From Octopus vulgaris (taxonomy: Eukaryota): a stretch of 64,000 bases of DNA. Both the position numbers and the translations under genes were made by a program. The notes under the pieces are model-generated. The model searched no databases. It was not told where the DNA came from and saw nothing but the letters and a program-made list of their open reading frames with translations. The stretch spans positions 37,014,001-37,078,000 of the forward strand of contig OX597820.1 in NCBI GenBank assembly GCA_951406725.2, written 5' to 3'. This document shows, piece by piece, positions 24,438-39,035 of this stretch. The first letter of the stretch is position 1; each line of letters opens with the position of its first letter.

Positions 24438-25468
24438 TGTCATAACTACAGATTTCTGTCCCCTCTCCCGGACTTCGGATGATCATAACTTTCAGAATAA
24501 AGGATATTTTTTTAATGAAATTTTCTACGAATATGTGTTATATCAAGTAGATTCCAAATATACAAATTTGGGGGGTGGGGGTTTCGGAAATTCACCGGAG
24601 TCCACTTCAATTCGTCTTAACTTTCGAGAAAATGAATATTTTTTTAATGAAATTCTCTACAAATATACATCGGACTATGTAGATTCCAAGGACATAGGAA
24701 TTTTGGGGGAAAACAATTGGGGTTTATTTTTGAGAACCGTTCCCCACTCGGGTGTTTCGGAACGTGCGTTTGTGCATCCGTGGATTTCCACACACACTTG
24801 TAATTAAAAAAGTTAAAACGGGGAATTACTTAATTCGCTATCGTGTTTATTATAGAGAGTATGTAACAAATTACACTTGTGCGTGTATATTCCTTATTTT
24901 TGCTTCTGGTGTCTTCTGCCTTTCTATTAGAAACGTTTACTTGAGAATTTACTTAAAGTAATAAAAAAATCGTATGCCACAGATAAGTCGTCTTAAAAAC
25001 ATATTTCTCTGTACCAGACATTTAACTTTTATTTTTAGCTCAACGAATTTTCTGGTGAGGGCTTCATTGCCTGTTTGTTGCTTCAGTAGAAATCTACAGA
25101 TGCACAAAACTGAGAAAATGAAACAAATATGGACGACTTGTTCCGAAACACTCCCAAATGAGGAACGGTTCTCAAAAATAACTCCCAGTTGCCCCCCGCC
25201 AATTCCTGTATCCTGAGAATATACATAGTCAGAGGTATATTTCTAGAGAATTTCATTTAAAAAATATCCATTTTTTTTTAAAAGTTAAGATGACTTGGAC
25301 TCCGGCGAATTTTCCGAAATCCCCCCCCCCCCCGGAAAATTTTGTGTATTCGGAATCTACATGATATAACACATATTTGTAGAAAATTTCATTAAAAAAT
25401 ATCCATATTTCTGAAAGTTATGATCATCCAAAGTCGGGGGAGAGGGCGAAATCTGTAGTTATGCTACA
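24438..25468. mobile_element. Non-autonomous DNA transposon (MITE) with ~320-bp TIRs, possibly Ginger-like
   Basis: 24441-24762 is the reverse complement of ~25140-25463. Termini TGT..ACA flanked by TTCA on both sides (alternatively a 6-bp ATTCAT TSD). No coding capacity seen. Confidence 0.8.
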
Positions 25469-25900
25469 TTCATATCATCTATAGAAATGTGAATTAAATA
25501 TTTGATCACATTTCATCTTAAAAAGAAAACAAATAAAAATAAAACAATTTATAATTACAACCCAAAATATCCCGTGTGACAAACAAGCTGGCTGCTGCAC
25601 AATATTATAAAATAGATAACAATTTTGAGTTTTGGAATACAGACATCACTACCTTATGGGGAAGGGACTACCAAAACAGATGCAGAGTTTAGCTATTATT
25701 TCACCAACTTTTATTTTCTGATATTTTCTTCAGAATGCTGTTTTAAATATGGAAGATTGCAATTTATTTTTGTAAATGTATATTTCAGGTTCTTGATGCA
25801 GTGACTTTTTCAATTTTGACTTAATATTATCTAAGGATGGTTGGTCATGATAGAACTTACTTTGAAATACAAAAACTGAATTGGACTCTCAAGTAATGTT

Positions 25901-26128
25901 ATCATCATCATCATCATCATCGTTTAGCGTCCGCTTTCCATGCTAGCATGGGTTGGACGGTTCAACTGGGGTCTGGGAAGCCAGAAGGCTGCACCAGGCC
26001 CAGTCTGATCTGGCAATGTTTCTACGGCTGGATGCCCTTCCTAACGCCAACCATTGCATGAGTGTAGTGGGTGCTTTTTACGTGCCACCGGCACGAGGCC
26101 AGTCGGGCCGGCGCTGGCAATGGCCACG
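25901..26128 (-). mobile_element. 3' tail fragment of the RTE-like LINE family
   Basis: (CAT)n CGTTTAGCGTCCGCTTTCCATGCTAGCATGGGTTGG.. matches the 3' end of the LINE at 32492 and 49810. Confidence 0.75.
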
Positions 26129-27518
26129 TTATGTTTATGAAAATTTCTGATTCAGACCATCATGAGGTATATTAAAAATAAAAATGAGACTAGGATAATA
26201 TAGTCTAGAATACATTTGGCTTTAAAAATGTAAGAAAAATTAGAATAGTCACATTTGGGATGTCTTTTATCATATGTTTTCTCAGTCAGGGCTGACTTGG
26301 ACCTAAACATATTTCTGCAAATTTGAATATGAATTGCACGTGTGCAAAATTCAAATTTGAAATAGACTATCCAGTTAAAATTTTTGAAAATGTCTAATTT
26401 AAGTACATAATAAGAATAGTATTCAAGATATTCATAACCACCTATCAGTTTAACTGCTATTAAATGAGATTTATGTTTTTCTTAGTTCAGTCATCTTTAC
26501 TTCATTTATCAATATAATACCTTCTTGTTTGGTGTGTCATAAAATTCATAGCATCCCTGAAAACAATTCAAGTAAAGAGAGACCCTCTAACATCTAGAAA
26601 TAGCAGTTCATCAGATTTCCATCATTTCACACCAATCTGTCTTAAAAAAGGTCATATTAGAAAAGGATGTTGTCCTTGATACACTGTCTGAATAAAAATC
26701 GAAGTGATTATGGCTGGAATGCTTTTCATCACAGATCTAACCTTTCACTGCAACAACCAAGCCACAATGAATAACATATCTGGAATAAGAATTTTATGGT
26801 TCGCTATTGTTTAGTTAAACAATCTGGCATAGTACACACTCTGACATTGTTGTATTTTACAAATGAAAAGAGTTCACACAAAGTTGTGTGAAGTTATGTC
26901 AATAATAAATTAGAAATTAAAGCTTAAATATTCAGGTAAATGTTTATATTTATTGTTTAGAAATGTTTCTAACACTGTTTCTTTATAATTTCAGCTGACA
27001 TTGGCATAAAATGATTCTCTCCTTCATATAAATCACCAATGTTTGTCATCCTTTTCAAAGATGTTATACAGAACTGATGAGACTTTGTTTATATAAATCT
27101 ATGGTGGAATTACCGTGAAATAATTCCTTTGACCTGATATTATTAATAATATTTCTCTACTTTCTGGAATAAATACAAGATAATTTTGCATTCTAATTAA
27201 ACTTGAACAAATTTACCTCAGAGACATAACTGGCTTCTCTTGACAGAAATTTCATGTATATCTAGGTAACTGGATCTATTTTAGTGTTACCATATGCATT
27301 GATTTCTTACTACAAGACAGACTTCTGTAATAAAACAATCTTGGAATACTTGCACAGAAATCATTTCTTATGATAAATCACCATGTAAGTAACCATTTGT
27401 TGCATCTTCAGACATCATCAAAGATCAGAGTTGATGGAAATAAAGTTCAAGAAATGTTTGTTGAAATATAAAGCCTAACACAAGAAAACTTTGTATATTG
27501 TGGTAAGAGAAGAAAATT

Positions 27519-28721
27519 ATGGAAAATGAATTATGTGACAACCAGGATGAATATAAAATACAGTCAAGGACTGATTTTCCTGATAAGACACTGAAACAAA
27601 TAGAAAAGTTATCAAAACACAGTGATGTTTCTAAGCTATTATCTGAAAAAGGTACCTTAACTAAACATAAACCTATTCATGCTGGAGGGAAACCATATCA
27701 CTGTGATATCTGTGGTAAATCATTTTCTCAGAAGGGCTCCTTAACTACACACAACCGTATTCATACAGGAGAGAAGCCATATGACTGTGATATCTGTAGT
27801 AAATCATTCTCTACAAAAGTTCATCTAGCTACTCACATACGCATTCATACAGGAGTGAAACCATATCACTGTGATACCTGTGATAAATCATTCTCTCAAA
27901 GCAGTTATTTAACTACTCATAAACGTATTCATACAGGGGAGAAGCCATATCACTGTGATATCTGTGGCAAATCATTTTCTCGCAATGGCAAATTATCTAC
28001 TCACAAACGTATTCATACAGGAGAGAAGCCATATGACTGTAATATCTGTGGTAAAACATTTTCTAGAAGTGATTATTTAACCACTCATAAACATATTCAT
28101 ACAGGAAAGAAGCCTTATGACTGTGATATCTGTGATAAATCATTCTTTCGATATAGTGAATTGACTACTCACAAACGTATTCATACAGGAGAGAAGCCAT
28201 ATCACTGTGATATCTGCGGTAAATCATTCTCTCGAAGTGATCACTTAACTACTCACAAACATATTCATACAAGAGAGAGGCCATATCATTGTGATATCTG
28301 TGGTAAATCATTCTCTGTAGATAGTCACTTAACTACTCACAAACGCATTCATGCAGGGGAGAAGCCATATCAGTGTGACATCTGTGGTAAATCATTCTCT
28401 CAAACAAATATCTTAACTACTCACAAACGTATTCACACAGGAGAGAAGCCATATCTCTGTGATGTATGTGGCAAATCATTCTCTGTACCATGTAGTTTAA
28501 CTAAACACAAACGTATCCATACAGGAGAGAGACCATATCGCTGCAGTATCTGTGGTAAATCATTCTCCATAGATAGTCACTTAACAACACACAAACGCAT
28601 TCATACAGGAGAGAAACCATATCACTGTGATATCTGTGGTAAATCATTCTCTCGAAGTAGTTATTTGAATACTCACAAACGTGTTCATACAGAAAAGAAG
28701 CCAGATGACTCTGATATATAA
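27519..28721 (+). CDS. C2H2 poly-zinc-finger protein, 400 aa (ZNF-B); 12 canonical fingers plus 1 degenerate
   Basis: Tandem CxxC-x12-HxxxH with TGEKP linkers; N-terminus MENELCDN; acceptor TTTCAG at 26989-26994, about 520 nt upstream. Confidence 0.95.
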   Translation: MENELCDNQDEYKIQSRTDFPDKTLKQIEKLSKHSDVSKLLSEKGTLTKHKPIHAGGKPYHCDICGKSFSQKGSLTTHNRIHTGEKPYDCDICSKSFSTKVHLATHIRIHTGVKPYHCDTCDKSFSQSSYLTTHKRIHTGEKPYHCDICGKSFSRNGKLSTHKRIHTGEKPYDCNICGKTFSRSDYLTTHKHIHTGKKPYDCDICDKSFFRYSELTTHKRIHTGEKPYHCDICGKSFSRSDHLTTHKHIHTRERPYHCDICGKSFSVDSHLTTHKRIHAGEKPYQCDICGKSFSQTNILTTHKRIHTGEKPYLCDVCGKSFSVPCSLTKHKRIHTGERPYRCSICGKSFSIDSHLTTHKRIHTGEKPYHCDICGKSFSRSSYLNTHKRVHTEKKPDDSDI

Positions 28722-30249
28722 AGTAAATAATTCTCTTTAACCATTTGGAAACACATTCACATATTTGTTGCTGGGTTTAGCATGACAATCTGGCTGTTGT
28801 GTTATTTTAGTGAAGACTACTGTGTTTGCATTCAGGACAGGTGTTAAATCTGAGAATACTTATCTATTTTCATTTGAGTGAACTATGAAAAGTCTGTCCT
28901 ATAAGAGAGAATCTATATCTCTGTTGAAAATACTTCTCTCTAAAATGTTGAGTTAATGAGATACAAGAAAAAATACGTCACTCTCACTTGCATTAAATCA
29001 TTCTCATAAAATTATATAGCCATATTTTCATATTACAACAAATATATCTATATTGGTGCTGTTAAAACTTATCAGTGTGATATTTCTAATAAATACTTGC
29101 TTTCAAAATGCTCATATACATATATATATACATTTTAGAAATGCCTAGAAAAGAGAAAAGATACTCTTGGTTTATTTGAAATTGAGAGTAAATAATATGG
29201 AAATGTATTTACTGATTAACATTACACAAGCCTTAATAAAATGCATTTCATTATAGGATAATATGTATTAGATCTTATATTCTAGTTCTTTTTATGCAGT
29301 CAGGTCTTGGAACCTATTTTGATAAAAGAAATTTAAAGTATATGTCTTTAAGAAACTGATTTTGTTTGGAAAATCCATCTAATTTATCATTTCTCTTATG
29401 CTTAAGCAAATGTTAATTTGCATGTATCAAGGTCTATGATACAGCAGATCACTCTGATTTGACTTTTGACATCTCATCTGTAATGCCTTGCACCCTGAGA
29501 TCTGACTGCATCACTCTATTGTTTATATGTGTGGTTGTTTTAAATAAAGAAACTAAATCTCTTTATGAAGATGTAAATATTTCTATCTGAAAAATGTATG
29601 ATGAAGATAAATTTTAGATTAAATTATTTTTAATCTCCTAACTTATGAAGGCAGTAACTGCATTACTCTGTTGTTACTTAATACTGTTGCATATACTATT
29701 GATAGTATACATCATTCTATGCACACTTAGTCATGCAGGAGAGAAGCTATACATTTGTGGATCTTGTTTTCTAAGCAGTAAATTAAACAAACATCAGCAC
29801 ATTCAGAAAGAGAAGCAATATCTCTGAAATATCTATTGTGTATCATACCCTAAAACTGGTAACTTCATGAGACAGGAGAGGAGCTGTATTTCTATGACAT
29901 CTTTGGACATATTCACCACAACTATGTTTTTATTGAAGTAAAGTATGTGTAACAGGGTTCAGCACATATTACGTGTAAACCACTAATGCGTTGGTAATTT
30001 CTAAAAATACTTTCCACACATGTGCATTATCTACCTAAATACCTTACCCCCAATCACTCACTGAATCTAGGAACAGACCTTAAAAGCATCTTCCAACTAA
30101 GTCATGACATCCTTGTCACTTTAACAACACACTAAATTACTAGACTTATCAATAAAACATGTTATACCACATAGTTTGTAGTCATGAATAACAAATCCCT
30201 CAGTTACACTTGTTAGGTTTTGCTATCTTTGATGTCATCATATTGTATT

Positions 30250-30660
30250 TCCACATATATAACATTAATAAACTATCACAAATACTAGGATTCTTGTTTA
30301 GAACCAGGAGATTAACAACCTCAGATCAGTTGTTAAATCTATACAAAGCTCAAGTAAGACAAACATTGAAGCGGTGTGTATATCTATGGGATGGAATCCT
30401 AGAGCAAATTCAGAAGAAAGTAATTTAACTGATTCAATCACAAAGAAGCTTCAACCACTATCTCATGGAAACAATTTGTTCTCTCTCTGTTGTTACTGCA
30501 GTGGTATCTCTGAAATATCTGAACATCTTCCCTTTCACATTACCTTTCTGCCCATGTTTTTCCCAATGAATCTTCAAACTGAATATCAAAATATCAACCC
30601 TACCAATCTCACCAGTCTGGAAGCACCTTCAAAGATCAATAACTGACAAAAACATCAACA
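30250..30660 (+). mobile_element. Very old LINE (CR1/L2/Jockey-group) 3' RT remnant
   Basis: LGFLFRTRR..QLLNLYKAQVR..LWDG..IQKKV resembles the post-RT region of these LINEs. Confidence 0.5.
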
Positions 30661-31894
30661 AATAGATAACTTACCACTGTGATATTTTTAATAAAGCACT
30701 CTTAAAATATTTATTTTCTCTCTTAACATAAGAAACATACTCTCACAACTTGATGATAGCATCACTGCACAGTTATATAAATAAATGTGTGTACCTGTTT
30801 TCACTTCACTTTGCACCAGTTCTGATTGTTGATTAAAAATATTGAGTAAAACAATCATTGAAAAAATATTTCTTGGCTAAAAGCTATTGAATTAGATTAA
30901 TCTCAGGAGTGTCATAAGATGTATTATGTATATTTATCTGAATGATAAAAAAAATCATTTTAAAACTAGAAAACTTCAGTGTACATAAATATTATTAATA
31001 TTTTTTTTTAACAGTGATATACTTGCTACACTTTATTCTTGATAGAGCTACATGCATATAAATAGCTTGGTGTGGAAGAATGGTATTATTTTACTACTCA
31101 GTGATACTAAAGATTATTGACAGTCATTGTGAAAGCCACTCAGACTGATAGCTGTGATTGCCACTAGAATAAGAATGTCTCGGTTTCATTCTTTGCACCA
31201 GGACATGTTTTGTATAATGTTCACCTCTAACAATGGTGTCTTTAGTCATATCAGATAAGCATGAGTTCAAATCCTATGGCTTATTTAAATTTCACAATAT
31301 CATGACGCTCATCCAATTTTCAATATCAAGCTATTGTGGTGTGCAAGCAGTCCACTGAATCTACAACTGTTTTAGTTAATTGAAAAGACATACTTGATGT
31401 CTGTCCAATGCATAGATTCATCTGTAGAATTCCTTTAATTATATATAAACCTTACATTAAGTAACTACAGTGGTAAATGCTGGAAAAGCAAAAGAAACAT
31501 AGAAAACTAAAACCTGCAGCAGATCCAGCCAATTCCATGGAATAAATTTACCCATATATTTCTAAACATTCTTATGACATTCACTTTTGTAACTAATATA
31601 GATCTAATCATGAGCACAAGATAGTAGCATTCATTTCATAAGTAGTATTTCTGGTTCAAGAAACACGGAAATAAGCTTTTTGACACATACATGGGGAATA
31701 TCATTGGTGCAGAAATTTCATTATTAGATACTTTTTCTACCTTATATGCAAAAATGTTCAGAACTAGTAGAAGTCTAATTTACATATATTATTCAACAAT
31801 AAATTTTCAAATTACAAATCAAAAAGTCATAAATTTCATAAACATCGCATGACTTACACACAGGAGGTTAAAGTATGTTCCGGAGACTAGGTGT

Positions 31895-32180
31895 TGAAAT
31901 GGCTGTGTAGTTAAGTTCACATCCTAACCACATGGATTTGGGTTCAGTCTTACTGAGCAGCACTCCAGATGTCTTCTACTAAAGCCCTGGGCTAACCAAA
32001 ACTCTAACTGAGTTTAGTAGATTGAATCTAAAAGAAGCCTGTCGTGTATAAATATATTTATACGTATCTTTATCTGGACATTGCATGCTATTTGTAAATA
32101 ACTATCACTGTTATTCATTTGAACTCTGCCATGGGGAAATGTTATCTTGCTTGGAAATAGGTAAGGGTTGGTGAAAGAAG
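31895..32180 (+). mobile_element. SINE copy, degenerate
   Basis: ATGGCTGTGTAGTTAAG..GGGTTCAGTC..GTCTTCTACTA..AAAGAAGCCTGTCGT family motifs. Confidence 0.55.
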
Positions 32181-32289
32181 CACATCTTGATAATGTTGAC
32201 GTCACCCTTCAGTCAAAATTCACAAATCAAAGGATATAAACAGAAAAATGTTAAATTTATCAGCTGACAGCCATCTTCTTAGAGGGAAT

Positions 32290-32475
32290 GAACAACTGAA
32301 GTACATGAAACAACGCAAAAGACATTAAACCCAGGAAGACTAATATCAGCTCGTACAACCCTCCATACAATCTGCCTGTGACTGGAAATGTAACAAGTAA
32401 CTTACTGACATTGGTCACCTAATGATTTTGCAGCAACAGAAATACCACAGTACCCCTGATAGAAGTGTAAATATA
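32290..32475 (+). mobile_element. Old Penelope-like remnant cut by the RTE insertion
   Basis: RKTNISSYNPPYNLPVTGNV matches the post-RT 'WFNPPFS.NV.T' motif; the element at 20382-22330 has RKVLWF...FSLNVRT. Confidence 0.45.
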
Positions 32476-32491
32476 TACAGCTATATAGATA

Positions 32492-34810
32492 ATCATCATC
32501 ATCGTTTAACGTCTGTTTTCCATGCTAGCATGGGTTGGATGGTTCGACCGGGATCTGGGAAGCCAGAAGGCTGCACCAGACTCCAGTCTGATCTGGCAGT
32601 GTTTCTACAGCTGGATGCCCTTCCTAATGCCAACCACTCCATGAGTGTAGTGGGTGCTTTTTACGTGCCAGGCAACGGCCACGATCGGTTGGTGCTTTTT
32701 ACGTGCCACCAGCCCAGAAGCCAGTCAAGGCGGCGCTGGCATCAGTCACGTTCGGATGGTGCTTTTTACGTGCCACTGGCACAGGGATCACAGCTGCATT
32801 TTACATTGATTTTTGATGTTGATGTACTTGACTCAGTAGGTCTCCTCAGGCACAGGGTCGAAACGGTGTTTCTTTACTTGCCACCTGCACAGGAGTCAGT
32901 CTAGCGGCACTGGCAACTGCCGGGTGCCAGTCATAGGATTGGTTTAATTTCAATTCCAATTTCACCTGCTCTAACAGGTCTTTGCAAGTAGAGTTTAGTG
33001 TACAATGAAGGGAGGTTGGCATGGGTGTCAGTTGTCGGATAAGGTTCAATTTCGACTTCACTTGCCTCAATAGGTCTTCACGTGTCCAAGGAAGGAAAGG
33101 CATGCATAAGTGGGCTGGCAAAGGACATGGGATAGACTCACTTGTCCTGCCGGGTCTTCTCACGCACAGCATATTTCTAAAGGTCTCGGTCAATAGTCAT
33201 TGCCTCAGTGAGGCCTAATGTTCAAAGGTCGTGCTTCACCACCTCATCCCAGGTTTTCCTGGGTCTACCTCTTCCACCGGTTCCCTCAACCGCTAGGGAT
33301 TGGCACTTTTTCACACACCTATCTGCATCCATTCTCGCCACATGACCATACCAACGTAATCGTCTCTCTTGAACACCACAGCTGATGCTTCTTAGATCCA
33401 ACTTATCTCTCAAGGTACTTACACTCTGTCGAGTATGTATACTGACATTACACATACATCGGAGCATACTGGCTTCATTCCTCATGAGCTTACGCATGTC
33501 CTCAGCAGTCACGGCCCATGTTTCACTGCCATGTAGCATGGCTGTTCGTACACATGCGTCATACAGTCTGCCTTTTATTCTGAGCGAGGGGCCTTTTGTC
33601 ACCAGCAGAGGTAAGAGCTCTCTGAACTTTGCCCAAGCTATTCTTACTCTAGCAGTTACACTTTCAGCACCCCCGTCCTGCTACTGACTTGGTTACCTAG
33701 GTAACGGAAGCTATCAACTACTTCTAGTTTTTCTCCCTGGAAAGTGACGGGAGTTGTTTTCTGCACATTTTCACTGTTTATCGCTCCTGAGCATCTGCCA
33801 CATGCAAAAACTATCTTCCCAGATAGCCTTCCTTTGACATTGCTGCACCTCTTATGTGTCCATAGCTTACACTGGGTACATCTTATAGAGTTTCTACCTA
33901 CGCCTTTTCTACAGATTGAGTAGGGCCATCTACCTGAAGGCGTTTGTGGTTTGTCTACCTTCCAACTTATTAGGACTTTTGTTTTACCAAGGTTGACTCT
34001 AAGGTCCTTCAATTCTAATCCTTGCTTCCACACCTGAAACAACTCCAGTTCTGATAGTGACTCAGCAATTAGAGCAAGGTCGTCAGCATAGAGGAGCTCC
34101 CAGAGGCATCCAGTCTTGAATTCCTCTGTTATTGCCTGGAGAACTATGATAAATAGGGGGGGGGGCTGAGGACTGAACCTTGGTGGACTCCTATCTCTAC
34201 CGGAATTCTTCACTGTACTCGTTGCCAACCCTCACCTTACTAGCAGCATCCCTGTACATGGCTTGCATGGCTCTCACTAACCATTTATCTATCCCTAGTT
34301 TCCTCATTGACCACCAGATAAGGGATTGGGGGACCCTGTCAAAAGCTTTCTCCATGTCAACGAAAGCCAGGTACAGAGGTTTATCTTTGGCTAGGTATTT
34401 CTCCTGTAGCTGTCTTACCAGGAATATAGAATCAGTGGTGCTTTTCCCTGGCACGAACCCAAACTGCATTTCATCTAAACTGACTCTCTCTCTCTCTGAT
34501 TAGTTGGGCTATGATCCTCTCCGTAACCTTCAATACTTGATCCAGCAACTTGATACCTCTGTAATTATTTGTACCTAAGGCGTCACCTTTACCTTTGTAG
34601 TAGTTGACTATTATGCTGCTACACCAGTCATTGGGTATGACTCTTTCGTGTATCACTTGGTTAACTATACGGGTGACTAAGAAATAGCCGACACTGCCAG
34701 ATATTTTGAGCATCTCTGCAGTAATTCCTGATGGGCCTGGGGCTTTCCCTGTCTTCGTGCTTCTAATTGCCTTAACTACCAAGGAACTGTGAACTCGGAT
34801 AGCTGGTCCC
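32492..34810 (-). mobile_element. 5'-truncated RTE-like LINE with Cys/His finger after the RT
   Basis: KAPGPSGI, NYRGIKLL, QFGFVPGKST, AFVDMEKAFDRV, LLYADDL, CTQCKLWTHKRC, RLRWYGHV and GRGRPRKTW in several frames; 3'UTR ending in (GAT)n. Confidence 0.92.
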
Positions 34811-36329
34811 TATACACTTAAATCTCACACAATAACAAAATGCTCAGAAATCTGAATATAATTACAAAACTTCACTCAATGGAAAATATCTATTGAATTT
34901 TATACATAAAACTGTAGTAAAAACAAGCTAATATTAAAATGGCATATATACAGCTAACAGAAAACACTTGAAATATACTTGGTGCGTTTCTTCAAATCTA
35001 CAACTTTATATTGCTGTCAAAAGACATGTAGAGGCTAAAAGTTGGAGGAATTAACAATATATGAACAACAATGTTGAAAACATTAAATCATACATCAATG
35101 CCGGTAAGAGGTGCAACTGGTGAACCATTAAAAAATTCAATATAGTTATAACATCAAATAACAAGAGTTATTTAGAGCATGTCCATTCTGGAAAAAAAAC
35201 TTACAATAAATATGATGGATAATACTGGGTGGCAGTAGGAGATGCACTATATGCTGTGTGATTTTACAATCATCATCGTTTAATGTCCATGTTCCATGCT
35301 GGCATGGGTTGGATAGTTTGACAAGATTCAGGGTGTCAAAGGACTGGATTGTGCTCCAGTGTTTGCTTTGGTATGGCTTCTATGGTTGGATGTCCTTCCT
35401 AACATCGACTTCATAATGTGCATTAGATACTTTTTTGTTTTTTTATCATGCCACCAACACTTGTGAGGTTACGTACAGCTTGCAAGACTACAAACCCCAA
35501 GGGAGAAGCTTTATGCTCAGTGATGAGAAATTAAAATGTGAGAGAAGAGGTCAGAGCAGAATCTACAATCATTGTGGATGTAGTTATTTCTTATGCAATT
35601 ATAGGTAACTATATAAGTAACATGAAGAAAAACATTATTAAAGCACATGATCTGATGTGGCTAATGAAAATAACGTGATAATTCTGTTTAACTTCCAGCA
35701 GATTCTCCATCTTACTGGAGTTTTTCCAATAGTAAGGTTATTGCAAATCCCAGACAAAACTGAGTTAAACAGAAAAATAAATATAGCCTGTGAAACTTCA
35801 ATGAACTGATAAATGTTATTGTATCTGGTGGTTGCAGGAGGGTTATCATACCAATGAATGTATGTAAATATATATTCATGTGAATCTTTACGTGTGTGTG
35901 TGTGTATGTTTAATGTTTAGGTTGTAACTGGTAAAAGGTTTGGGTTAGGCAGTATGTGGCAAGTTGAGAAGGCTGATTGAGAAAAAGTTGCATATTGCAT
36001 AGTCAATCATTCTCCGGTGCATTGAAAAAAAAATTGATGCAAGAAATAGTTCATACTTATTAGAGATTTTATTCAATTGTTACAAAGTTTTCCCCACCTC
36101 TGATGAACTGGAAGTAAATACAAATGTTAGTAAGTTTTGTCAAGAGAATTTCTTATAGTTGTACAAATCTACTACTAAGTTTTGTGAAAGGAGGAAAGTA
36201 ATGGTATGAAGCTTGCCATTGATGACAACTTACTTGTCTACTAGTAGCAATCAGAAAAAGAGAATGGCATTCTACCCAATGTATTGAATTCTATATCAAA
36301 TAGTTTGATATACATTAGAATGCTTATAA

Positions 36330-36960
36330 TTGTCATCATCATAATTTAATATCTGTTGTTTGTGTTAGCATGGGTTGGACAATTTGACTAGAGCTGGCAA
36401 GCTGAGGGGCTGCACCAGACTCCAGTCTGATTTGGCATGGTTGCTACAGCTGGATGCCCTTCCTAACACCAAACACTCTGAGAGTGTAATGGATGCTTTT
36501 ACATGGCACAACTACGATTTCACTTGGCTTAATGGGACTTCTTCTCAAGCATGGCATATTGCCAAAGATCTCAATCATTTGTCATTGCCTCCATGAGGTT
36601 CAGCACTCGAAAGGTGCTTTTTATGTGCCACTGGCATGGGTTTCAGTTACATGACACCAGCATCAGCCACAGCTACGATTTCATTTGGCTTGATGGGTCT
36701 TCTCAAATACTTGTCTTAGTCACTAGTCATTGCCTCTATGAGGCCCAACATTCAAAGATCATGCTTCACCACCTCGTCCCATGTCTTCCTAAGTCTACCT
36801 CTACCACAGGTTTCCTCCACAGTTATAGATTGGCACTCCTTTACAGAGCTGTCCATGTCCATATGCATCACATAACCATACCAGTGCAGTCATCTCTCTT
36901 GCACAACACATCTGGTGCCTCTTATGCCCAACTTTTCCCTCAAGATGCATACACTTTATC
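36330..36960 (-). mobile_element. Older 3' fragment of the same RTE-like LINE
   Basis: Aligns with 32492-33420 (CATGCTTCACCACCTCGTCCCA.., ACCATACCA..). Confidence 0.75.
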
Positions 36961-37299
36961 TATCTCTCTCCCATTTATAAAAAACAAAAGATCTTGAGTA
37001 AGTTGAGAAAGAAAATATTTTGAAAGATCAATCATAAATATCAGGCAGTGACAACGGAAAGCACACTTGCCTTTTGTATGTGCCACTATTTGAGCAATTA
37101 AAAATAAGGAAAAGAAGGATTTCTTTGTTAAATTCAGTACTTATTTCGTGAATTTTTCGACAATTGACCATGCAAATGAAAGCTCTAAACACGGGCTACA
37201 TGCAGCTGTAAATTTCTTTCAGAGAAAATGAAAACTGTAATCAATAAAAAATGAAAGGCAAAAATACGAAAAAATGAGAAATTTTTTTCTACTTCAAAA

Positions 37300-37865
37300 A
37301 TCTTGCCTTAAATTTCAAAATTTCGAACCCATTTTCCATGCTTAAATTACAAATCCACTTCCACTTTACCATGTTGGAAATTTAATTGAAATTGGGCAAA
37401 AGGTGTCCAATTTAGACCCCCAAGTGTCTCCAAACATCAATAAAATCCCCATTTTCATAGCAAAGCAACCACTGTAGCACCCCAAAACGTCTCCCAATCA
37501 ATTTCTCACCTCAAGTTACTCCCACCTGTAAATTGTTATCCCCTTCCAGCCCCATTTAGACCCCTTTTTACAGAAAAATCCAATTTATATCAACATTCGC
37601 CTTCTTCATTTTATAGATTAGATACCTGGACTTGCTCGGGATTAAAATAGTTTATTATTGTTTTACTTGTTTCGGTATTATAACCTGATTTCATTCGGGT
37701 CTATGCAGGCCACATTTTAAAAGATGAGGAATTTTACCCTAGAGGCCATGCCTTTCAATTGAGCAAATTCAAAGTTGCCATGCAAATTCGCTAGCACTTT
37801 TAACATAGGTGTGCATATTTTCAGCTCAATCCGACCACATATGCACACATTATATATATATATAA
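37300..37865 (+). mobile_element. Two adjacent putative non-autonomous Helitron-like elements
   Basis: The first ends ..TTTTATAGATTAGAT. The second starts ACCTGGACTTGCTCGGG and ends TTTCAGCTCAATCCGACC..(TA)n. These are typical terminal patterns, but classification is tentative. Confidence 0.35.
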
Positions 37866-38799
37866 AGTTTCACTGCAGACATTAATATATTTTGTTTCAT
37901 TAAATATTTTTTCATCTTTAATCAGATGAACATCCCAGACTAGCTGACAATCTCAATTGCCATGTAATTTGTATGTTTTCACTACAATCAATTGAAACCA
38001 TCTTGATTAGGGATACAATTTGCACTGCATCACAAAATTTCATAGTAAATTTTAATTTGTAGTTTTCTTTTATTAAATATTTGCATCCTTAAAGATTTTG
38101 AAAGATTTTTATCATTACTCAAAAAATAAATTATGATTTTCATCACCTCATGTCTTGAAGATAAAATATTTTTTTAAAGTTGCTTTCTATAAACATCACC
38201 AGTGTGCAGAGAATTGCTGGATAAATTTGGTTAAAATTATTTTTTTTTTGTCCTTAAAGGTTCAAAATTTTTATTATTTACTTCTTTAAAAAAAAAAAAG
38301 TGAAAACAAATGATAAAGGAATGAAGTTATATTTATTGTATGGTAACAGTTGTCTGAAATTCTGCCTTCAGAACTGTTCCCAATGATATATATAGAAATA
38401 ATTTTTGTTGCTTATGCTTGTAGTCTGTATTGTTCTCATCTGGAAGTGTAGACATAGAAAGTAGGGCAATTCTTAAATTGGTTGAAATGAGAAAACTTAT
38501 GTAAATAGTAAAAGATAATGAAGAATATATACCTTACAATAAAATTTCTTGTGATTGATATTGTAATCCCTCCATGTGTTTTTTTCTTTTTTTTTTTTTG
38601 TGCTACCAGCATTTGTGAGATTGCCAACTTTTGATCAAGGAAAGGAAAAGGAAAATGCTCCTATTACTAAATGGGTGAGCAGGGTATTTGAAAAGGGCAG
38701 ATGACTTTATGCAGAATACTGAAAGGTTAAAGTAAGATAGTAAGACAAGCACTGGTGTCTTGCGACACACAAATATAAATAAACAAATAAATATATATA

Positions 38800-39035
38800 T
38801 ATCATCATCATCATTGTTTAATGTCCGTTCTCCATGCTTGCATGGGTTGGACAGTTCAACCAGGGATCTGGGAAGCCAGAAGGCTGCACCAGGCTCCAGT
38901 CTGATCTGGCAGTGTTTCCACAGCTGGATGCCCTTCCTAACGCCAACCACTCCATGAGTGTAGTGGGTGCTTTTTACGTGCCACCGACACAGGTGCCAGG
39001 CAAGGCTGGCAACGGCCACGATCAGATTGGTGCTT
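38800..39035 (-). mobile_element. RTE-like LINE 3' tail fragment
   Basis: Same tail as 32492-32760, inserted in a TA run. Confidence 0.75.

Noticed and set aside
36095-36200. CTGATGA..GAAA as another hammerhead
   Set aside because: No convincing stem II, stem III or NUH site with closing stem I.
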